From positions 13,832 through 77,831 of the forward strand of contig JAEXFD010000052.1 of the NCBI GenBank assembly GCA_023400405.1: a stretch of DNA of 64,000 nt, written 5' to 3'. The translations under genes and the position numbers were made by a program. The first letter of the stretch is position 1, and every line of letters begins with the position of its first letter. This DNA is from Pseudomonadota bacterium (lineage in GTDB: Bacteria > Pseudomonadota > Alphaproteobacteria > Sphingomonadales > Sphingomonadaceae). The notes beneath the pieces are model-generated. The model worked only from the letters and a program-made list of their open reading frames with translations. It was not told the DNA's origin and searched no databases. Of the stretch, positions 27,927-39,157 are shown in pieces.

Positions 27927-29302
27927 CGCCCTTCCTCCTCGCGCCGCGCCCGCGCCGCCGCGATCGCCTCGCGCACCCGCACCGGCGCAGTGCCGCCGAA
28001 GCTGGTGCGGCTCGATACCGACGCATCGACGCTCAGAACGTCATATACGCGCGCGTCGATCCGTCCGTCGATTTCCTTCAGTGCATCGAGCGATAGCTGA
28101 TCGAGCCGGATGCCCTCGGCCTCGGCGCGGGCCACCGCGCGGCCGGTGACGTGATGCGCCTCGCGGAACGGCACGCCCGCCTCGCGCACCAGCCAGTCGG
28201 CGAGGTCCGTCGCCGTCGAGAAACCCGATTCGGCCGCGGCGCGCATCCGATCGGTGCGGAAGGCGGCGCTCTGCACCATGCCGGTCATCGCCGCGATGCT
28301 GAGGCCGAGCAGGTCATGCGCCTCGAACACCGGCGGCTTGTCGTCCTGCATATCCTTCGAATAGGCGAGCGGCAGTCCCTTCATCGTGATCATCAGGCTC
28401 ACCAGCGCGCCGGCGATCCGGCCCGAATGGCCGCGGACCAGCTCGGCGGCGTCGGGATTGCGCTTCTGCGGCATGATCGAGCTGCCGGTCGACCATTGAT
28501 CGGAAAGCGCGACGAAGCCGAAGGGCTGGCTCGCCCAGATCACGAATTCCTCGGCCAGCCGGCTGAGGTGCAGGCTGCACTGCGCCGCCGCGGTCAGATA
28601 TTCGATCGCGAAGTCGCGGTCGGAAACCGAATCGAGCGAGTTGCGCGTCGGGCCGTCGAAGCCGAGCGCCCGGGCGGTCGCCTCGCGATCGAGGTCGAAG
28701 CCGGTGCCGGCGAGCGCGGCCGAGCCGAGCGGGCAGCGGTTGAGCCGTGCCCGCGCATCGCGCAGGCGGCCGCGGTCGCGCCCGATCATCTCGACATAGG
28801 CCATCAGGTGATGGCCGAGCGTGACGGGCTGGGCAACCTGGAGATGGGTGAAGCCGGGCATAACGCTGGCGGCATGTTCCTCGGCGCGGGCGAGCAGCGC
28901 GTCTTCGAGCGCGGCGAGGCCGGCATCGGCCTGGTCGATCGCGTCGCGCACCCAGAGGCGGAAGTCGGTCGCGACCTGATCGTTGCGCGAGCGCGCGGTG
29001 TGGAGGCGCCCCGCAGTCGATCCGATCTTCTCGGCCAGCCGCGATTCGGAGACCATGTGGATGTCTTCGAGCGCGAGGTCGTCGGGCACGCCCTGGCCCG
29101 CAAAGTCCGCCGCGACCTCGTCCAGGCCAGCCGAGATCGCCGCGGCGTCCTCTTGCGCGACGATGCCCTGCTTGCCGAGCATCGCCACGTGCGCCTTGGA
29201 TCCAGCCAGGTCCTGCCGCCACATGCGCTTGTCGAACGGGATCGAGGCGTTTATCTCGCGCATCACCGCGGACGGGCCTTCGGCGAAGCGCCCTCCCCAC
29301 AT
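27923..29302 (-). CDS. argH: Argininosuccinate lyase
   Basis: 'MWGGRF', 'HTARSRNDQ', 'PGFTHLQ', signature '[12 protein letters not shown]'. Confidence 0.97.
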   Translation of the reverse strand: MWGGRFAEGPSAVMREINASIPFDKRMWRQDLAGSKAHVAMLGKQGIVAQEDAAAISAGLDEVAADFAGQGVPDDLALEDIHMVSESRLAEKIGSTAGRLHTARSRNDQVATDFRLWVRDAIDQADAGLAALEDALLARAEEHAASVMPGFTHLQVAQPVTLGHHLMAYVEMIGRDRGRLRDARARLNRCPLGSAALAGTGFDLDREATARALGFDGPTRNSLDSVSDRDFAIEYLTAAAQCSLHLSRLAEEFVIWASQPFGFVALSDQWSTGSSIMPQKRNPDAAELVRGHSGRIAGALVSLMITMKGLPLAYSKDMQDDKPPVFEAHDLLGLSIAAMTGMVQSAAFRTDRMRAAAESGFSTATDLADWLVREAGVPFREAHHVTGRAVARAEAEGIRLDQLSLDALKEIDGRIDARVYDVLSVDASVSSRTSFGGTAPVRVREAIAAARARREEEGR

Positions 29303-29318
29303 GCTGTTGGAGCTGTCC

Positions 29319-29870
29319 TTGCGCTCGGTGATCGGTCTTCTCCTTCTCGGCGCGCTGGCCGTCGGCGGTTGCGATAGGCGCTCGGAGCCAGCGCAGCAAG
29401 CCAACGCCGCGGCGCCCGCGGTCGCCCAGGCCGGGGCTGTCGATCGCAGCCACAAGGGCGAGGCGGCGCCCGATATGCCGTTCATCGGCCCGGACGGCAA
29501 GAAGACGAGCCTCGCCGCCTTCCGCGGTAAGCCGGTGCTGCTCAATCTGTGGGCGACCTGGTGCGTGCCCTGTGTCAAGGAAATGCCGACGCTCGATGCG
29601 CTGGCGGGCCAGAAGGGCGATGCGCTGACCGTAATCGCGCTCAGCCAGGACAGTGACGGCGCGAAGGTGGTCGACCCCTATGTCGCCAAGGCCGGCCTCA
29701 AGCACCTCAAGCCCTCGCTCGACACCGACAGCAATTTCAGCCTGGCGATGGCGGCCAACCTGCCGACCACGATCCTGTACGGATCGGACGGCAAGGAAAT
29801 CTGGCGCGTCGGCGGCGAAATGGACTGGATCGGCGCCAAGGCGGCGGTCTTGCTCGCCGAAGCGCGCTGA
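29319..29870 (+). CDS. tlpA: TlpA-family thiol:disulfide oxidoreductase (lipoprotein)
   Basis: '[17 protein letters not shown]' CxxC; lipobox-like 'VGGC'; TTG start with GGAG RBS. Confidence 0.88.
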   Translation: MRSVIGLLLLGALAVGGCDRRSEPAQQANAAAPAVAQAGAVDRSHKGEAAPDMPFIGPDGKKTSLAAFRGKPVLLNLWATWCVPCVKEMPTLDALAGQKGDALTVIALSQDSDGAKVVDPYVAKAGLKHLKPSLDTDSNFSLAMAANLPTTILYGSDGKEIWRVGGEMDWIGAKAAVLLAEAR

Positions 29871-29926
29871 TCGCGAAAGAGGCAGCCGACCAGGCCGGGT
29901 GCCTGGCCGATGTTCGCCTCCGGGAG

Positions 29927-31651
29927 CTAGAATAGCCCGTCGTCGTCCTCATCTTGCGAAGGATCGCCGCAGGCTGCTTCGTCGATTGCCGGCGTCGCGC
30001 CGTCCCCAAGCCTGAAGCGGCGATGGATCTCGCGTTCGCGCGCCATCGTGTAGCTGTCGGCGAGCGAGGCGAGGAACTCGGCCAAGGAGTCGGCGATGCG
30101 CTCGGCCGGCTCGTTCAAGGGCGTGCCCAGGGGAGCGAGCCCAGCGACCAGAGTGGCCATCGCGGCATTCATTTCCCCGCAATCGACATTGTCGCCGATA
30201 ATCGCGAGGATGTTTTTCACCGATGCCGCGTCCTCCTGCAGGGCGGCCATGCCGCAGCGCAGCTTTTCTCCGCCTTCCCGGATGCGTGCAAGCGACTGGC
30301 CGAGCGATGAATCGCCCCCGGAAGAGGCTTCGTCGGTTCCACCCCGGATGGCCGCCGCCGCAGCGGACAGGGAGCCGAACAGGGTCGAGATCTTGCTGGA
30401 AATGGTCTCGAGCGTTGCGGCGAATCCGCGGATTTCGGACGCGACCATCGCCAGCGCGCGGCCCTCATATCCCATCCGGTTGCAGCGGAGATCGGTGTTC
30501 CATGCCATATGCTGGACATCGTCGGTCATGCGGCGCACCTGGCGCATCCGCTCGGTCAGGCCGGCCGCGGTCGCCGACGTGGCGCGCCCCAGTTCGCTGG
30601 CGCGGGCATCCGCCAGCCGCAACTGCGCGGTCACCGCCGCGATCTCGGCAACGCTGCGCTCGAGCACGAGGATCGCGGAATCGTCCCCCCCATCGCCGCC
30701 TTCGTCCTTGAGGGCGAGCAAGGCCTGGGCGCTCGGCATGATCGCCTGCACATTCTGTTCGAGCAGCCGCGACTCGCGGGCAAGATCGGCGGCGGTGTCC
30801 TCGGCCTGGGCGGCGATCAGCGCCAGCACATGGCCGCGGATCGCGTCGGCGTCGCCGGCGTCGATCTCCGGGCGTGCGGCGAGATACGCCTCCAGCGCCT
30901 CGATTCCCGCGGCCAAATGTTCGAGCCGCTGGCGGGTGATGTCGCCGATCTGCATCGCGCCCAGCGCCGTCCCGACCCGGCTGTGGACGACGCGCGCCAC
31001 CTCGGCGATCCGGGCGGCGGTCGCCTTGGCCTCGCTTTGATGCGCTCCGAGCGCGAGCGCGTCCTCCACCAGCTTGGCGGGCACGTGGGGGATCACGTGA
31101 CGGCATTCGGCCGCAAGCTGCCGATCGACGTCGAGCACCGCGGCGATCCCGCCAACCAGCAGATCGATGTCCCGGCTCATGTCGGCGATTTCGCGCTCGC
31201 CGATGTCGAGCTTGGCGAAGATCGTATCGGCAAAGTCCGAAAAGCCATTGGCCCCGGCCGCGGCGACCTTGATGTTGAGCCCGCAGATCCGCAGGAAGCT
31301 GAGCAGCCGGGTGACCTGCGCGACTTCGACGCGCAGCGCCTTGCTCACCTGGCCGATCGAGCCGAGCGCCACCTGCCGCTCCGCCTGGGTGGTCGGAAGC
31401 GAAATCAACCGCTCGGCCGTCTTGCGCAGCTGCGCGATCACGGCCTCAGCGGAATCGCCATCGAGAGCGTGGGTCACCTCGTCGAGCGCCGCGACCAGGC
31501 GTTCGACGATCTCATAGGCGCGCGACAAGGCGTTGCCGGCGGCGACGAAGCGCGCATCGAGGCCGCTCGCGATGCCGGAAAGCGCCGCAGCGGCTTCGCT
31601 GGGCGTCTGCCCTGTGCAGGGAGTGCCTTCGGGGATGCTGGACAGATACAA
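29927..31651 (-). CDS. Atypical soluble MCP-like coiled-coil chemotaxis protein (574 aa)
   Basis: Last gene of the che operon; 'MQIGDITRQRLEH', 'YTMAREREIH'; two degenerate receptor-tip-like segments; no TM; TTG start with GGAG RBS. Confidence 0.7.
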   Translation of the reverse strand: MYLSSIPEGTPCTGQTPSEAAAALSGIASGLDARFVAAGNALSRAYEIVERLVAALDEVTHALDGDSAEAVIAQLRKTAERLISLPTTQAERQVALGSIGQVSKALRVEVAQVTRLLSFLRICGLNIKVAAAGANGFSDFADTIFAKLDIGEREIADMSRDIDLLVGGIAAVLDVDRQLAAECRHVIPHVPAKLVEDALALGAHQSEAKATAARIAEVARVVHSRVGTALGAMQIGDITRQRLEHLAAGIEALEAYLAARPEIDAGDADAIRGHVLALIAAQAEDTAADLARESRLLEQNVQAIMPSAQALLALKDEGGDGGDDSAILVLERSVAEIAAVTAQLRLADARASELGRATSATAAGLTERMRQVRRMTDDVQHMAWNTDLRCNRMGYEGRALAMVASEIRGFAATLETISSKISTLFGSLSAAAAAIRGGTDEASSGGDSSLGQSLARIREGGEKLRCGMAALQEDAASVKNILAIIGDNVDCGEMNAAMATLVAGLAPLGTPLNEPAERIADSLAEFLASLADSYTMAREREIHRRFRLGDGATPAIDEAACGDPSQDEDDDGLF

Positions 31652-31670
31652 GGGCGTTCTCCGAAAGGCG

Positions 31671-32747
31671 TCAGCGCGTGGCGGCGGCGAGCAGTTCGCG
31701 GGCGATGCTGCCGAGCGGGGCAATGCGTTCGGCGGCACCGCGGGCGATCGCTTCCTTGGGCATGCCGAAGACGATCGAGCTCGCCTCGTCCTGTGCGATC
31801 GTCCGCGCACCCGCCTGCTTCATCTCGAGCAGGCCGCGCGCACCGTCGTCGCCCATGCCGGTCATGATCACGCCGACGGCGTTGGCGCCCGCCGAGCGGG
31901 CGGCGGAACGGAACAGCACGTCCACGGACGGCCGGTGCCGCGAGACGAGTGGCCCGTCGCGCACCGAGACGTGGTAGCGCGCGCCGCGGCGTACCAGCAT
32001 CAGATGGCGGCCGCCCGGCGCGATCAGGACATGGCCGCGCAGCACCGGATCGCCGTCCCTGGCCTCCTTGACGCTGACCTCGCATAGCGAATCGAGCCGT
32101 TCGGCGAAGGTTCGGGTGAAATTGGCCGGCATGTGCTGGACGACGACGATCCCCGGCGAATTGGCCGGCAGCAGCTCCAGCACCTCGCGCAGCGCCTCGG
32201 TGCCCCCGGTAGAGGCGCCGATGCACACCACCATCTCGGTCGTCCGGCTCATGGCCTTCCCGCTCGGCGGCGGGAGCACCGCGTCGGCGGTGAGCTTCTT
32301 CTCGGGTGCCGCGGCTTCGCGCGGCGACCGGCTGCGCACGCGCGCCCGCGCTGCCCCCTTCACCACGTCGCGGATTTCGAGATGCTGCTCGAGCAACTGG
32401 TCCGCCACGCCGAGGCGCGGCTTCAGGATGACGTCGACCGCGCCCGCCTGCATCGCCTGGAGCAATGTCTCGGACCCCTCCTCCGTCAGCGACGAGCACA
32501 TCACCACCGGTACCGGGCACTGGCTCATCAGCTTTTGCAGGAAGGTGATGCCGTCCATGCCGGGCATCTCGACGTCGAGCGTGATGACGTCGGGGACTTC
32601 CTTCTGGATGTGGCGGGCGGCGCTGAACGGATCGGAAGCCGCCGCCATCACTTCGATCTCGGGGTCCTCTTCGAGGATCGCCGTCATCGCCTGGCGCACG
32701 CTTGCCGAATCATCGACGATGAGGACGCGGATCTTCTTGCCCGTCAT
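31671..32747 (-). CDS. cheB: Chemotaxis methylesterase CheB
   Basis: REC domain plus 'GASTGG', 'QHMP', 'HRPSVDVLF', 'MTGMGDDG'. Confidence 0.96.
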   Translation of the reverse strand: MTGKKIRVLIVDDSASVRQAMTAILEEDPEIEVMAAASDPFSAARHIQKEVPDVITLDVEMPGMDGITFLQKLMSQCPVPVVMCSSLTEEGSETLLQAMQAGAVDVILKPRLGVADQLLEQHLEIRDVVKGAARARVRSRSPREAAAPEKKLTADAVLPPPSGKAMSRTTEMVVCIGASTGGTEALREVLELLPANSPGIVVVQHMPANFTRTFAERLDSLCEVSVKEARDGDPVLRGHVLIAPGGRHLMLVRRGARYHVSVRDGPLVSRHRPSVDVLFRSAARSAGANAVGVIMTGMGDDGARGLLEMKQAGARTIAQDEASSIVFGMPKEAIARGAAERIAPLGSIARELLAAATR

Positions 32748-32751
32748 CGCC

Positions 32752-33648
32752 TCAGCTCCGCTTGAAGACGGTATTGGCGACCTGCACGATCGGCAGGCAG
32801 TGGCCGGCGATCGATTCGGAATGGCCGAGGAACAGGTAGCCGCCGGGCGCCAGGCAATCGGCGAGGCGCGACACGACCTTCATCTGCGTCTCCTTGTCGA
32901 AATAGATCAGCACGTTGCGGCAGAAGATCAGGTCCATCGGCTCGCCGACCGGATAGCGCTCGTCCATCAGGTTGAGCTGGGCGAATCCGATCGCGCGGCG
33001 CAGGGTCGGCGCGATGCGGACCTCTCTCCGCCCTGGATCGCGAGAAAATCTGACATAGCGGTGTCGGTAGACCGCTGGCACAGGCTCGATCAGGTCCTCG
33101 GCATAAATGCCCTTGCGCGCGATCGCGAGCACCTCGGTGTCGAGGTCGGTGGCGAGAATGCAGTAGGATATTCCGTCGCGCGCCTCGGATTGCTCGTCGA
33201 GCATCATGGCCAGCGAATAGGCTTCGGGTCCTGTCGAGCAGGCCGCGCTCCAGGCGCGCACGCTGCGCATTCCGCGCGCGCGAAACTCCGGCAGGACGGC
33301 CTGCTCCAGATAGCAGAAATGGCCGGGCTCGCGGAAGAAGTCGGTCTTGTTGGTGGTGACGGCATTGATCAGGTGTGTGCGCTCGCCCTCGAGCCCGCCC
33401 TCGTCGAACAGGAAGGCGCAATAGTCGTCGAAAGTCTCGATGTTGTTGGCCCGGAGCCGCTTGCGAAGCCGTCCTTCGAGCAGCGTCTTCTTGCTGTCGG
33501 GCATCTTGATGCCGGCATGCGCGAAGATGAACGCCGCCAGCCGCCGAAAATTGCGCGGGCTGATCGTGTCGCTGGACGGCGGCACAGGGGCGGCCGCGAC
33601 GAGGGCAGGTGAAGACACGGACGGAACTCCGGAACAGGCGACGATCAT
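32752..33648 (-). CDS. cheR: Chemotaxis methyltransferase CheR
   Basis: '[10 protein letters not shown]', '[13 protein letters not shown]', '[11 protein letters not shown]', 'LGHSE'. Confidence 0.96.
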   Translation of the reverse strand: MIVACSGVPSVSSPALVAAAPVPPSSDTISPRNFRRLAAFIFAHAGIKMPDSKKTLLEGRLRKRLRANNIETFDDYCAFLFDEGGLEGERTHLINAVTTNKTDFFREPGHFCYLEQAVLPEFRARGMRSVRAWSAACSTGPEAYSLAMMLDEQSEARDGISYCILATDLDTEVLAIARKGIYAEDLIEPVPAVYRHRYVRFSRDPGRREVRIAPTLRRAIGFAQLNLMDERYPVGEPMDLIFCRNVLIYFDKETQMKVVSRLADCLAPGGYLFLGHSESIAGHCLPIVQVANTVFKRS

Positions 33649-33666
33649 GGCGGCGGCGATACGGGC

Positions 33667-34152
33667 TCAGGCGGCGGCGGACTGCGCCGCCGGGCCGGCC
33701 AGCGCGGCATCTCTGGCAAAGATGTGGGCGAGATCGACGAGCACGACGAAGCCTTGCTCCCGCTTGACCACGCCGGCGATGTAATCGGAGGGCCAGGCCA
33801 CGCCGATATCGGGCGCACCATCGATCGCCGCCGTATCGAAGCTGCTCACTTCCAGCACCCGATCGACGACCAGCCCCAGCGTCAGCGCCCCATCCGGCAG
33901 CGGCACGTCGACCACCAGGATCCGCGTGTTCGGCCCCGGCGCGACCGGCAAGAGCCCCAGCCGGAGCCGGAAGTCGATCGTGGTCACGCCGTCGCCGCGC
34001 AGATCGGTGAGGCCGATCAGATAGTCCGGCCCGTTGGGGATGCGGAACGGCTCGCGATAATCGAGGATCTCGCGCACATAGGCCACCGGCACGGCGAACA
34101 CCTCGGCCCCGAGGCCGAAGGTCACCACCTGGACTTCGGAGGCGGCGCTCAC
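33667..34152 (-). CDS. cheW: Chemotaxis coupling protein CheW
   Basis: 'VREI', 'IP', 'GLTDLRG', 'LGLVVDRV'. Confidence 0.92.
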   Translation of the reverse strand: MSAASEVQVVTFGLGAEVFAVPVAYVREILDYREPFRIPNGPDYLIGLTDLRGDGVTTIDFRLRLGLLPVAPGPNTRILVVDVPLPDGALTLGLVVDRVLEVSSFDTAAIDGAPDIGVAWPSDYIAGVVKREQGFVVLVDLAHIFARDAALAGPAAQSAAA

Positions 34153-35846
34153 GCCGCTTCCCCGAAATCACGATCCTCGGCATCGGCGCCGCCGGTGCTG
34201 AGATCGAGCGCGAAGCCGCTGGCGCGCGCCTGCTGATCCGCGATCGAGTTGCGCTTGGGGGTAGCTCGGCCAACGGCGCGAACCGCGGGCCGGCTCGCGG
34301 CAGGCGCGCGCGGCGCCGCCGCGACCGCGACCGCGACCGGCTTGCGCTTCGCCGGCGCATCCGAGACCCGGAAATAGGCGATGCTCGACTGGAGTTCCTC
34401 CGCCTGGGCGGCAAGCTCTTCCGACGTGGTCGAGATCGATTCGGAGGCGCCGGCATTCTGCTGGATCACCTGGTCGAGCTGCTGGAGCGCCTCGTTGATC
34501 TGCGTGGCGCCGATGTCCTGCTCGCGGCAGGCCGAGCTGATCTCGGAGACCAGTTCCGCGGTGCGGCGGATGTCGGGCACGAGCCTGGTGAGCATCTCGC
34601 CCGCTTCGGCCGCGGCGCGCACGGTGTCCGAAGAGACCGCGCCGATCTCCGCCGCCGCCGTCTGGCTGCGCTCGGCAAGCTTGCGCACTTCCGATGCGAC
34701 GACGGCAAATCCGCGGCCATGTTCGCCGGCCCGCGCCGCCTCGACCGCCGCATTGAGCGCGAGCAGATCGGTCTGGCGGGCGATCTCCTGGACGATGCCG
34801 ATCTTCTCGGCGATCGTGCGCATCGCCTCGACCGCCCGGCTGACCGCCACGCCGCTCGCTTCGGCGTCCTTGGACGACTGGCGGGCGATCTTCTCGGTCT
34901 GCGCGGCATTGTCGGCATTCTGTTTGATGTTGGCGGCCATCTGTTCCATCGATGCCGAGGCTTCCTCGGCCGCAGCCGCCTGTTCGGTCGCGCCCTGCGA
35001 CACCTGTTCCGAGCTTGCCGACAGTTCCTGGCTGCCCGCCGCGACATTTTCGGAGGCGGCGGTCGCGTCGCCGACGACGCCGCGCAGCCGCTCGATCATC
35101 GTGTTGACGTGGCCCAGCAGCTCGGCGATCTCGTCCTTGCCGCGGATCTCGGCATTGCTGGTCAGGTCGCCCTCGGCGACCTGACGCATCGCGTGGCCGG
35201 CGGCGGAAAGCCCCGTGTTGATCGTCCAGGCAAGCCAGACTGCAGCAGCCAAGGTAAGCGCAAGCGCGACGGCGCCGAGCGTGAACATGAGGTTGCGTGC
35301 GCTCACATAGTTGGCGCCGGCCTCGGCCTGTGCTTCCTCGAGCAGGGTCTGGTTGACCTTGATCAGGTCATCGACGGTCGCGGCCATCGTCATGCCCTTG
35401 ATGCGGCTTTCTCCCGTGGTGAGCGCCGCCGCGCCGGTCCGATCGTGCTCGCTCATCTTCACGACGCGGTCGGTCGTGCCGCGGAAATCGGCCCATTCGC
35501 TTGCGAGCTTGCGCCAGTTTGGCCGGCCGCGTTCAGAGGCATGTTCATTGCCCGCTTCGATCAGCTCGTCGACCTTGTTCTCCCAGGTCGAATGGACGCC
35601 GAGGAATTGCTGGCGGACCGCGGGATCGCTGGTCAGGACGAGGTTCTTTTCGGCGCGGAGGACCATGCTGACGCCGCCGTCCACCGATCGGGCGCGGTCG
35701 AGCTGGGCGGCGGGGCCATCGACGACGTGGTTGAGTTCGGCGTTCAGGCCACCGAGCCGTATCACGCCAAGCGCGATGACGCAGGTGAGGATGACGAGCA
35801 GCGCACCGAAGGCCGCTGCCAGCTTGAGCTTGATGGTAAGGCGCAT
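34149..35846 (-). CDS. Transmembrane methyl-accepting chemotaxis protein (4HB sensor, HAMP, signalling domain)
   Basis: Two TM helices, HAMP 'GDLT...KDEIAEL', tip '[37 protein letters not shown]'. Confidence 0.95.
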   Translation of the reverse strand: MRLTIKLKLAAAFGALLVILTCVIALGVIRLGGLNAELNHVVDGPAAQLDRARSVDGGVSMVLRAEKNLVLTSDPAVRQQFLGVHSTWENKVDELIEAGNEHASERGRPNWRKLASEWADFRGTTDRVVKMSEHDRTGAAALTTGESRIKGMTMAATVDDLIKVNQTLLEEAQAEAGANYVSARNLMFTLGAVALALTLAAAVWLAWTINTGLSAAGHAMRQVAEGDLTSNAEIRGKDEIAELLGHVNTMIERLRGVVGDATAASENVAAGSQELSASSEQVSQGATEQAAAAEEASASMEQMAANIKQNADNAAQTEKIARQSSKDAEASGVAVSRAVEAMRTIAEKIGIVQEIARQTDLLALNAAVEAARAGEHGRGFAVVASEVRKLAERSQTAAAEIGAVSSDTVRAAAEAGEMLTRLVPDIRRTAELVSEISSACREQDIGATQINEALQQLDQVIQQNAGASESISTTSEELAAQAEELQSSIAYFRVSDAPAKRKPVAVAVAAAPRAPAASRPAVRAVGRATPKRNSIADQQARASGFALDLSTGGADAEDRDFGEAA

Positions 35847-35859
35847 GATCGGTCTCGCT

Positions 35860-36384
35860 TCAATGGAGGGTTGCGGGAAGCGGCGCGTCGCCGTTTCCGA
35901 GCAGGGGTTGGAAGATGGCGGAGAGGTCGGGGAGCACGACGACGTCGTCGCCGCGGCGGACGAGTTCGCGGACATAGTCGCGCCGCCAGCGCATCCCGAC
36001 CGCGGGCGGCGCTTCGCTGGCGTCGCGCGACAAGGTGGCGACTTCGTGGACCTTGTCGGTGCGCAGGCCGAACTGGAGCGGCTCGCCCGCCGCATCCAGC
36101 TCGATCACGATCACCCGGCTGTCGGCGGTCGCGGCCGCCTCGCCCAGGCCGAAGGCGCGGCGCAGGTCGGCGATCGGGATGATCTTGCCGCGAAAATTGA
36201 CGACCGAGCCGACCAGCGGCGAGGCGCCGGGAACGGGCGTCTCGGGAAGCGGATCGAGGATTTCGCGGACCATCGCGGCCTCGAGCGCGAAGGTGTCGGG
36301 GCCGAGGTCGAAGGTCACGACCTCGAGCTCGCCGCCCTCGTCCCAGCTGGTGGCAGTATGAAGGCTGGATTCGTGCATGGTCAT
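35860..36384 (-). CDS. cheW: Chemotaxis coupling protein CheW
   Basis: 'VREIL', '[14 protein letters not shown]', 'FGLRTDKV'; start 36384 or 36378. Confidence 0.92.
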   Translation of the reverse strand: MTMHESSLHTATSWDEGGELEVVTFDLGPDTFALEAAMVREILDPLPETPVPGASPLVGSVVNFRGKIIPIADLRRAFGLGEAAATADSRVIVIELDAAGEPLQFGLRTDKVHEVATLSRDASEAPPAVGMRWRRDYVRELVRRGDDVVVLPDLSAIFQPLLGNGDAPLPATLH

Positions 36385-38348
36385 GCCACGGCGCAGAGCC
36401 GTGCCTCCTGTTGTTCGCCGAGCATCACGAGCTGGGCGACGTCGAGGATCAGGGCGACGCCGCCGTCCCCCAGGATCGTCGCGCCGGCAAAGGTCGCGAC
36501 GCCGCGGTGGAGCGGCGACATCGACTTGATCACGGTCTGGTGGCTGCCGATGATCTGATCGACGACGAGCCCGACACGCTCGCCGCCGGTGGCGACGACG
36601 ACGATCTTCTGGTGCGGATCGGGCTTCGTCCCCGTCTCGAACAGCTCGCGCAGGCGCAGGAAGGGCACCAGCCGCTCGCGCAGCGTGATGAAGCTGCGGC
36701 CGCGCGAGCGCAGATCGTCCTCGAGGCCGAGTTCGAGGCACTCCTCGACGGCGAAGAGCGGGATCACGAAGCGCGACTGGCCGACCCGGACGAGCAGCCC
36801 GTCGATGATCGCCAAGGTGAGCGGGATGCGCAGCACCACGATGGAGCCCTGGCCCGGCACCGACTGGACTTCGATCGCGCCGCGCAGGCTCTCGATCGTG
36901 CGCTTGACGACGTCCATGCCGACGCCGCGTCCCGAAAGGTTGGTGACCTGCGCCGCGGTCGAGAAGCCCGGCGCGAAGATCATCTGGAGCAATTCCGGGT
37001 CGCTGAGCGGCTGGCCCGGCTGGATCAGGCCCTGCGCCTCGGCCTTGGCGCGGACGCGCTCGCGGTCGATGCCGCGGCCATCGTCGCGGATGGTGATCAC
37101 CACTTCGCCGCCGGCCTGGTGCGCCGACAGGCGCACCTCGCCGGCCTCGGGCTTGCCAGCCGCGACGCGGTCGGCCTGCGCTTCCAGGCCATGGTCGCAG
37201 GCATTGCGGATCAAATGGATCACGGGATCGGCGAGCCGCTCAACGACGGTCTTGTCGACTTCGGTCGCCTCGCCTTCTGTCACGAATTCGATGGTCTTGC
37301 CGGTTTCGCGCGCGAGATCGTGGACGAGCCGCCGGAAGCGGCCGAAGAGCTGCGCGACCGGCACCATCCGCAGCACCATCATCGTGTCGCGCAATTCGCC
37401 CGCGAGCCGCTCGATTTCCTCGGAGATCGAACGCAGCGCAACGTCGCCGCGGCCGCCATGGGCAAGCTGGGAAAGGCGGCTCTGCACGATCACCAGCTCG
37501 CCGACCCGGTCCATCAACTCGTCGAGCCGCTCGGCGGGAACGCGCAGGCTTTCGCTGGCCTTGGTCGCCCGGGCCGATATCGGCGCGGGGGAAGCAGGTT
37601 CGGCGGGCGCAGGCGCGGCGGTTTCGATCGGCGTGCGCGCTGCCGGCGCCGCTTCCCTTGCGGCAATCGCCTCGATGCGCAGCTCCATGTCGTCCATCAC
37701 GAAGATGAACACATCCTCGATCGCCTCGCGCGTGACGCTGCCGGGAAGCTCGAGGCTCCAGCCAATATGGCATTCGACCGGGTTGAGCTCGGCTAAAGGC
37801 GGCACAGCGTCGGTACAGGCGACGAGGCGGCGCGCGCCGAGTTCGACGAGTTCGTCGATCAGCATCAGCGGATTGGTGCCGTTGGCCATCGCATCGGGGG
37901 GCAAGCGGAAAAAGACGCGCCAGCCCGATGCGGCGTCTTCAGCGGGAGCGGCCGCCGTGGGGGTGCCGCCGCTTTCGATCGCGCGCTGGAGATCGGTGAG
38001 GATGGCATCGCCGGCCGCCTGGAGCGCCTCGGGCGCTGCTTCGCCGGCGATCAGCGCGCGCATATGGTCCTTGGCGGCGAGGATCACCGCGACCAGTTCC
38101 TCGCTCGCCGGGGCCAGGCCCTTGCGCACGCGGTCGAACGCGGTCTCGCAATGGTGCGTGAAGCCGGCGAGCGCGTCGAAGCCGAACATCGCCCCAGAGC
38201 CCTTGAGCGTATGCAGGCCGCGGAACACGGCATCGACCAGCGCCTTGTCGTCGAGGCGGTGGCCGAGATCGAGCAGGCCCTGCTCGATCTGCTCGAGCAG
38301 CTCCTCCGCCTCGATCCGGAACACCGCAACGGGATCGGACGCCGTCAT
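36381..38348 (-). CDS. cheA: Chemotaxis histidine kinase CheA
   Basis: Hpt 'FRGLHTLKGSG', P2 domain, 'HLIRNACDHG', 'DDGRG', 'PGFSTA', 'GRGVGMDVV', C-terminal CheW-like P5. Confidence 0.97.
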   Translation of the reverse strand: MTASDPVAVFRIEAEELLEQIEQGLLDLGHRLDDKALVDAVFRGLHTLKGSGAMFGFDALAGFTHHCETAFDRVRKGLAPASEELVAVILAAKDHMRALIAGEAAPEALQAAGDAILTDLQRAIESGGTPTAAAPAEDAASGWRVFFRLPPDAMANGTNPLMLIDELVELGARRLVACTDAVPPLAELNPVECHIGWSLELPGSVTREAIEDVFIFVMDDMELRIEAIAAREAAPAARTPIETAAPAPAEPASPAPISARATKASESLRVPAERLDELMDRVGELVIVQSRLSQLAHGGRGDVALRSISEEIERLAGELRDTMMVLRMVPVAQLFGRFRRLVHDLARETGKTIEFVTEGEATEVDKTVVERLADPVIHLIRNACDHGLEAQADRVAAGKPEAGEVRLSAHQAGGEVVITIRDDGRGIDRERVRAKAEAQGLIQPGQPLSDPELLQMIFAPGFSTAAQVTNLSGRGVGMDVVKRTIESLRGAIEVQSVPGQGSIVVLRIPLTLAIIDGLLVRVGQSRFVIPLFAVEECLELGLEDDLRSRGRSFITLRERLVPFLRLRELFETGTKPDPHQKIVVVATGGERVGLVVDQIIGSHQTVIKSMSPLHRGVATFAGATILGDGGVALILDVAQLVMLGEQQEARLCAVA

Positions 38349-38713
38349 CGGCCGAGCACCTTGCGCGCCACCTTGACGAGCTGCTCGGCGACGAACGGCT
38401 TGACCAGCCAGCCGGTCGCGCCGGCGGACTTTGCCTGCGCCTTCATCGCATCGTCGCTCTCGGTGGTGAGGAAAAGGATCGGCGTGCCGCACTGCGCGGG
38501 GTTCTTGCGCAGCTCGCGAATCATCGTCAGCCCATCCATGTTGGGCATGTTGAGATCGGTGATGATCAGGTCGAACCGGGCGGCACTGGCCTTGGCGAGT
38601 CCATCGGCGCCGTCGTTCGCCTCGGTGACGCTATAGCCGGCGCCAGCGAGTGCGATTCGGATCGCCATGCGCAGGCTTGGCGAATCATCGACCGTGAGAA
38701 TCGAAGCAGTCAT
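38345..38713 (-). CDS. cheY: Chemotaxis response regulator CheY
   Basis: Single REC domain 'ILTVDDS', 'TDLNMP', 'LTTES', 'GWLVKPF'. Confidence 0.93.
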   Translation of the reverse strand: MTASILTVDDSPSLRMAIRIALAGAGYSVTEANDGADGLAKASAARFDLIITDLNMPNMDGLTMIRELRKNPAQCGTPILFLTTESDDAMKAQAKSAGATGWLVKPFVAEQLVKVARKVLGR

Positions 38714-39021
38714 TGCGGCAGCTCTCCGTGAAACCAGAATTGGATGTCTTGCTGAGTGAGCTCGGTGAGAAAGCCGGCGCGATCGAGGAGCGCGGTGACC
38801 GGCGCCGGTGCGGGCGCGAGAAGCGCAAGCGTGCGGCCGTCGCGCGCGCACTGTTCGCGCGCCGCGCAAACCATCTGGACGAAACTGAGATCGACCTCGG
38901 ACAAGGCGTCGAGATCGAGCATGACATCCCCGCTTGATTCGAACGCGGCAAGCAGATCGTGCTTAAACTCCGCTGCTGAGCGCACTGTTACTGAATTCGA
39001 AGCGACGACGTTCCGTGACAT
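38710..39021 (-). CDS. STAS-domain protein heading the che operon
   Basis: 'LDLDALSEVDLSFVQMV' STAS_2-type motif; first gene of the operon. Confidence 0.85.
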   Translation of the reverse strand: MSRNVVASNSVTVRSAAEFKHDLLAAFESSGDVMLDLDALSEVDLSFVQMVCAAREQCARDGRTLALLAPAPAPVTALLDRAGFLTELTQQDIQFWFHGELPQ

Positions 39022-39142
39022 GAGAGTCCCCCTTGGCCCACGGCCGCGCGTTTATTTCGCGACCGGCAAGCGCCACTGAACATTTTAGGCGGGACTCCGG
39101 CCAACCGTGTTAACCGTGTGTCGAAATACGGCAATTTACGTA

Positions 39143-39157
39143 CTAAGGTGGAGTTAA
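39143..39157. promoter_or_regulatory. CtrA-like box upstream of the che operon
   Basis: CTAA-ggtggag-TTAA in an AT-rich intergenic region; extra TTAAC half-site at ~39110. Confidence 0.45.

Noticed and set aside
39060..39087. sigma28-like promoter for the che operon (minus strand TAAA-N16-GCCGGTCG)
   Set aside because: Spacing is off by one and the -10 match is poor compared with the fliC and fliD promoters
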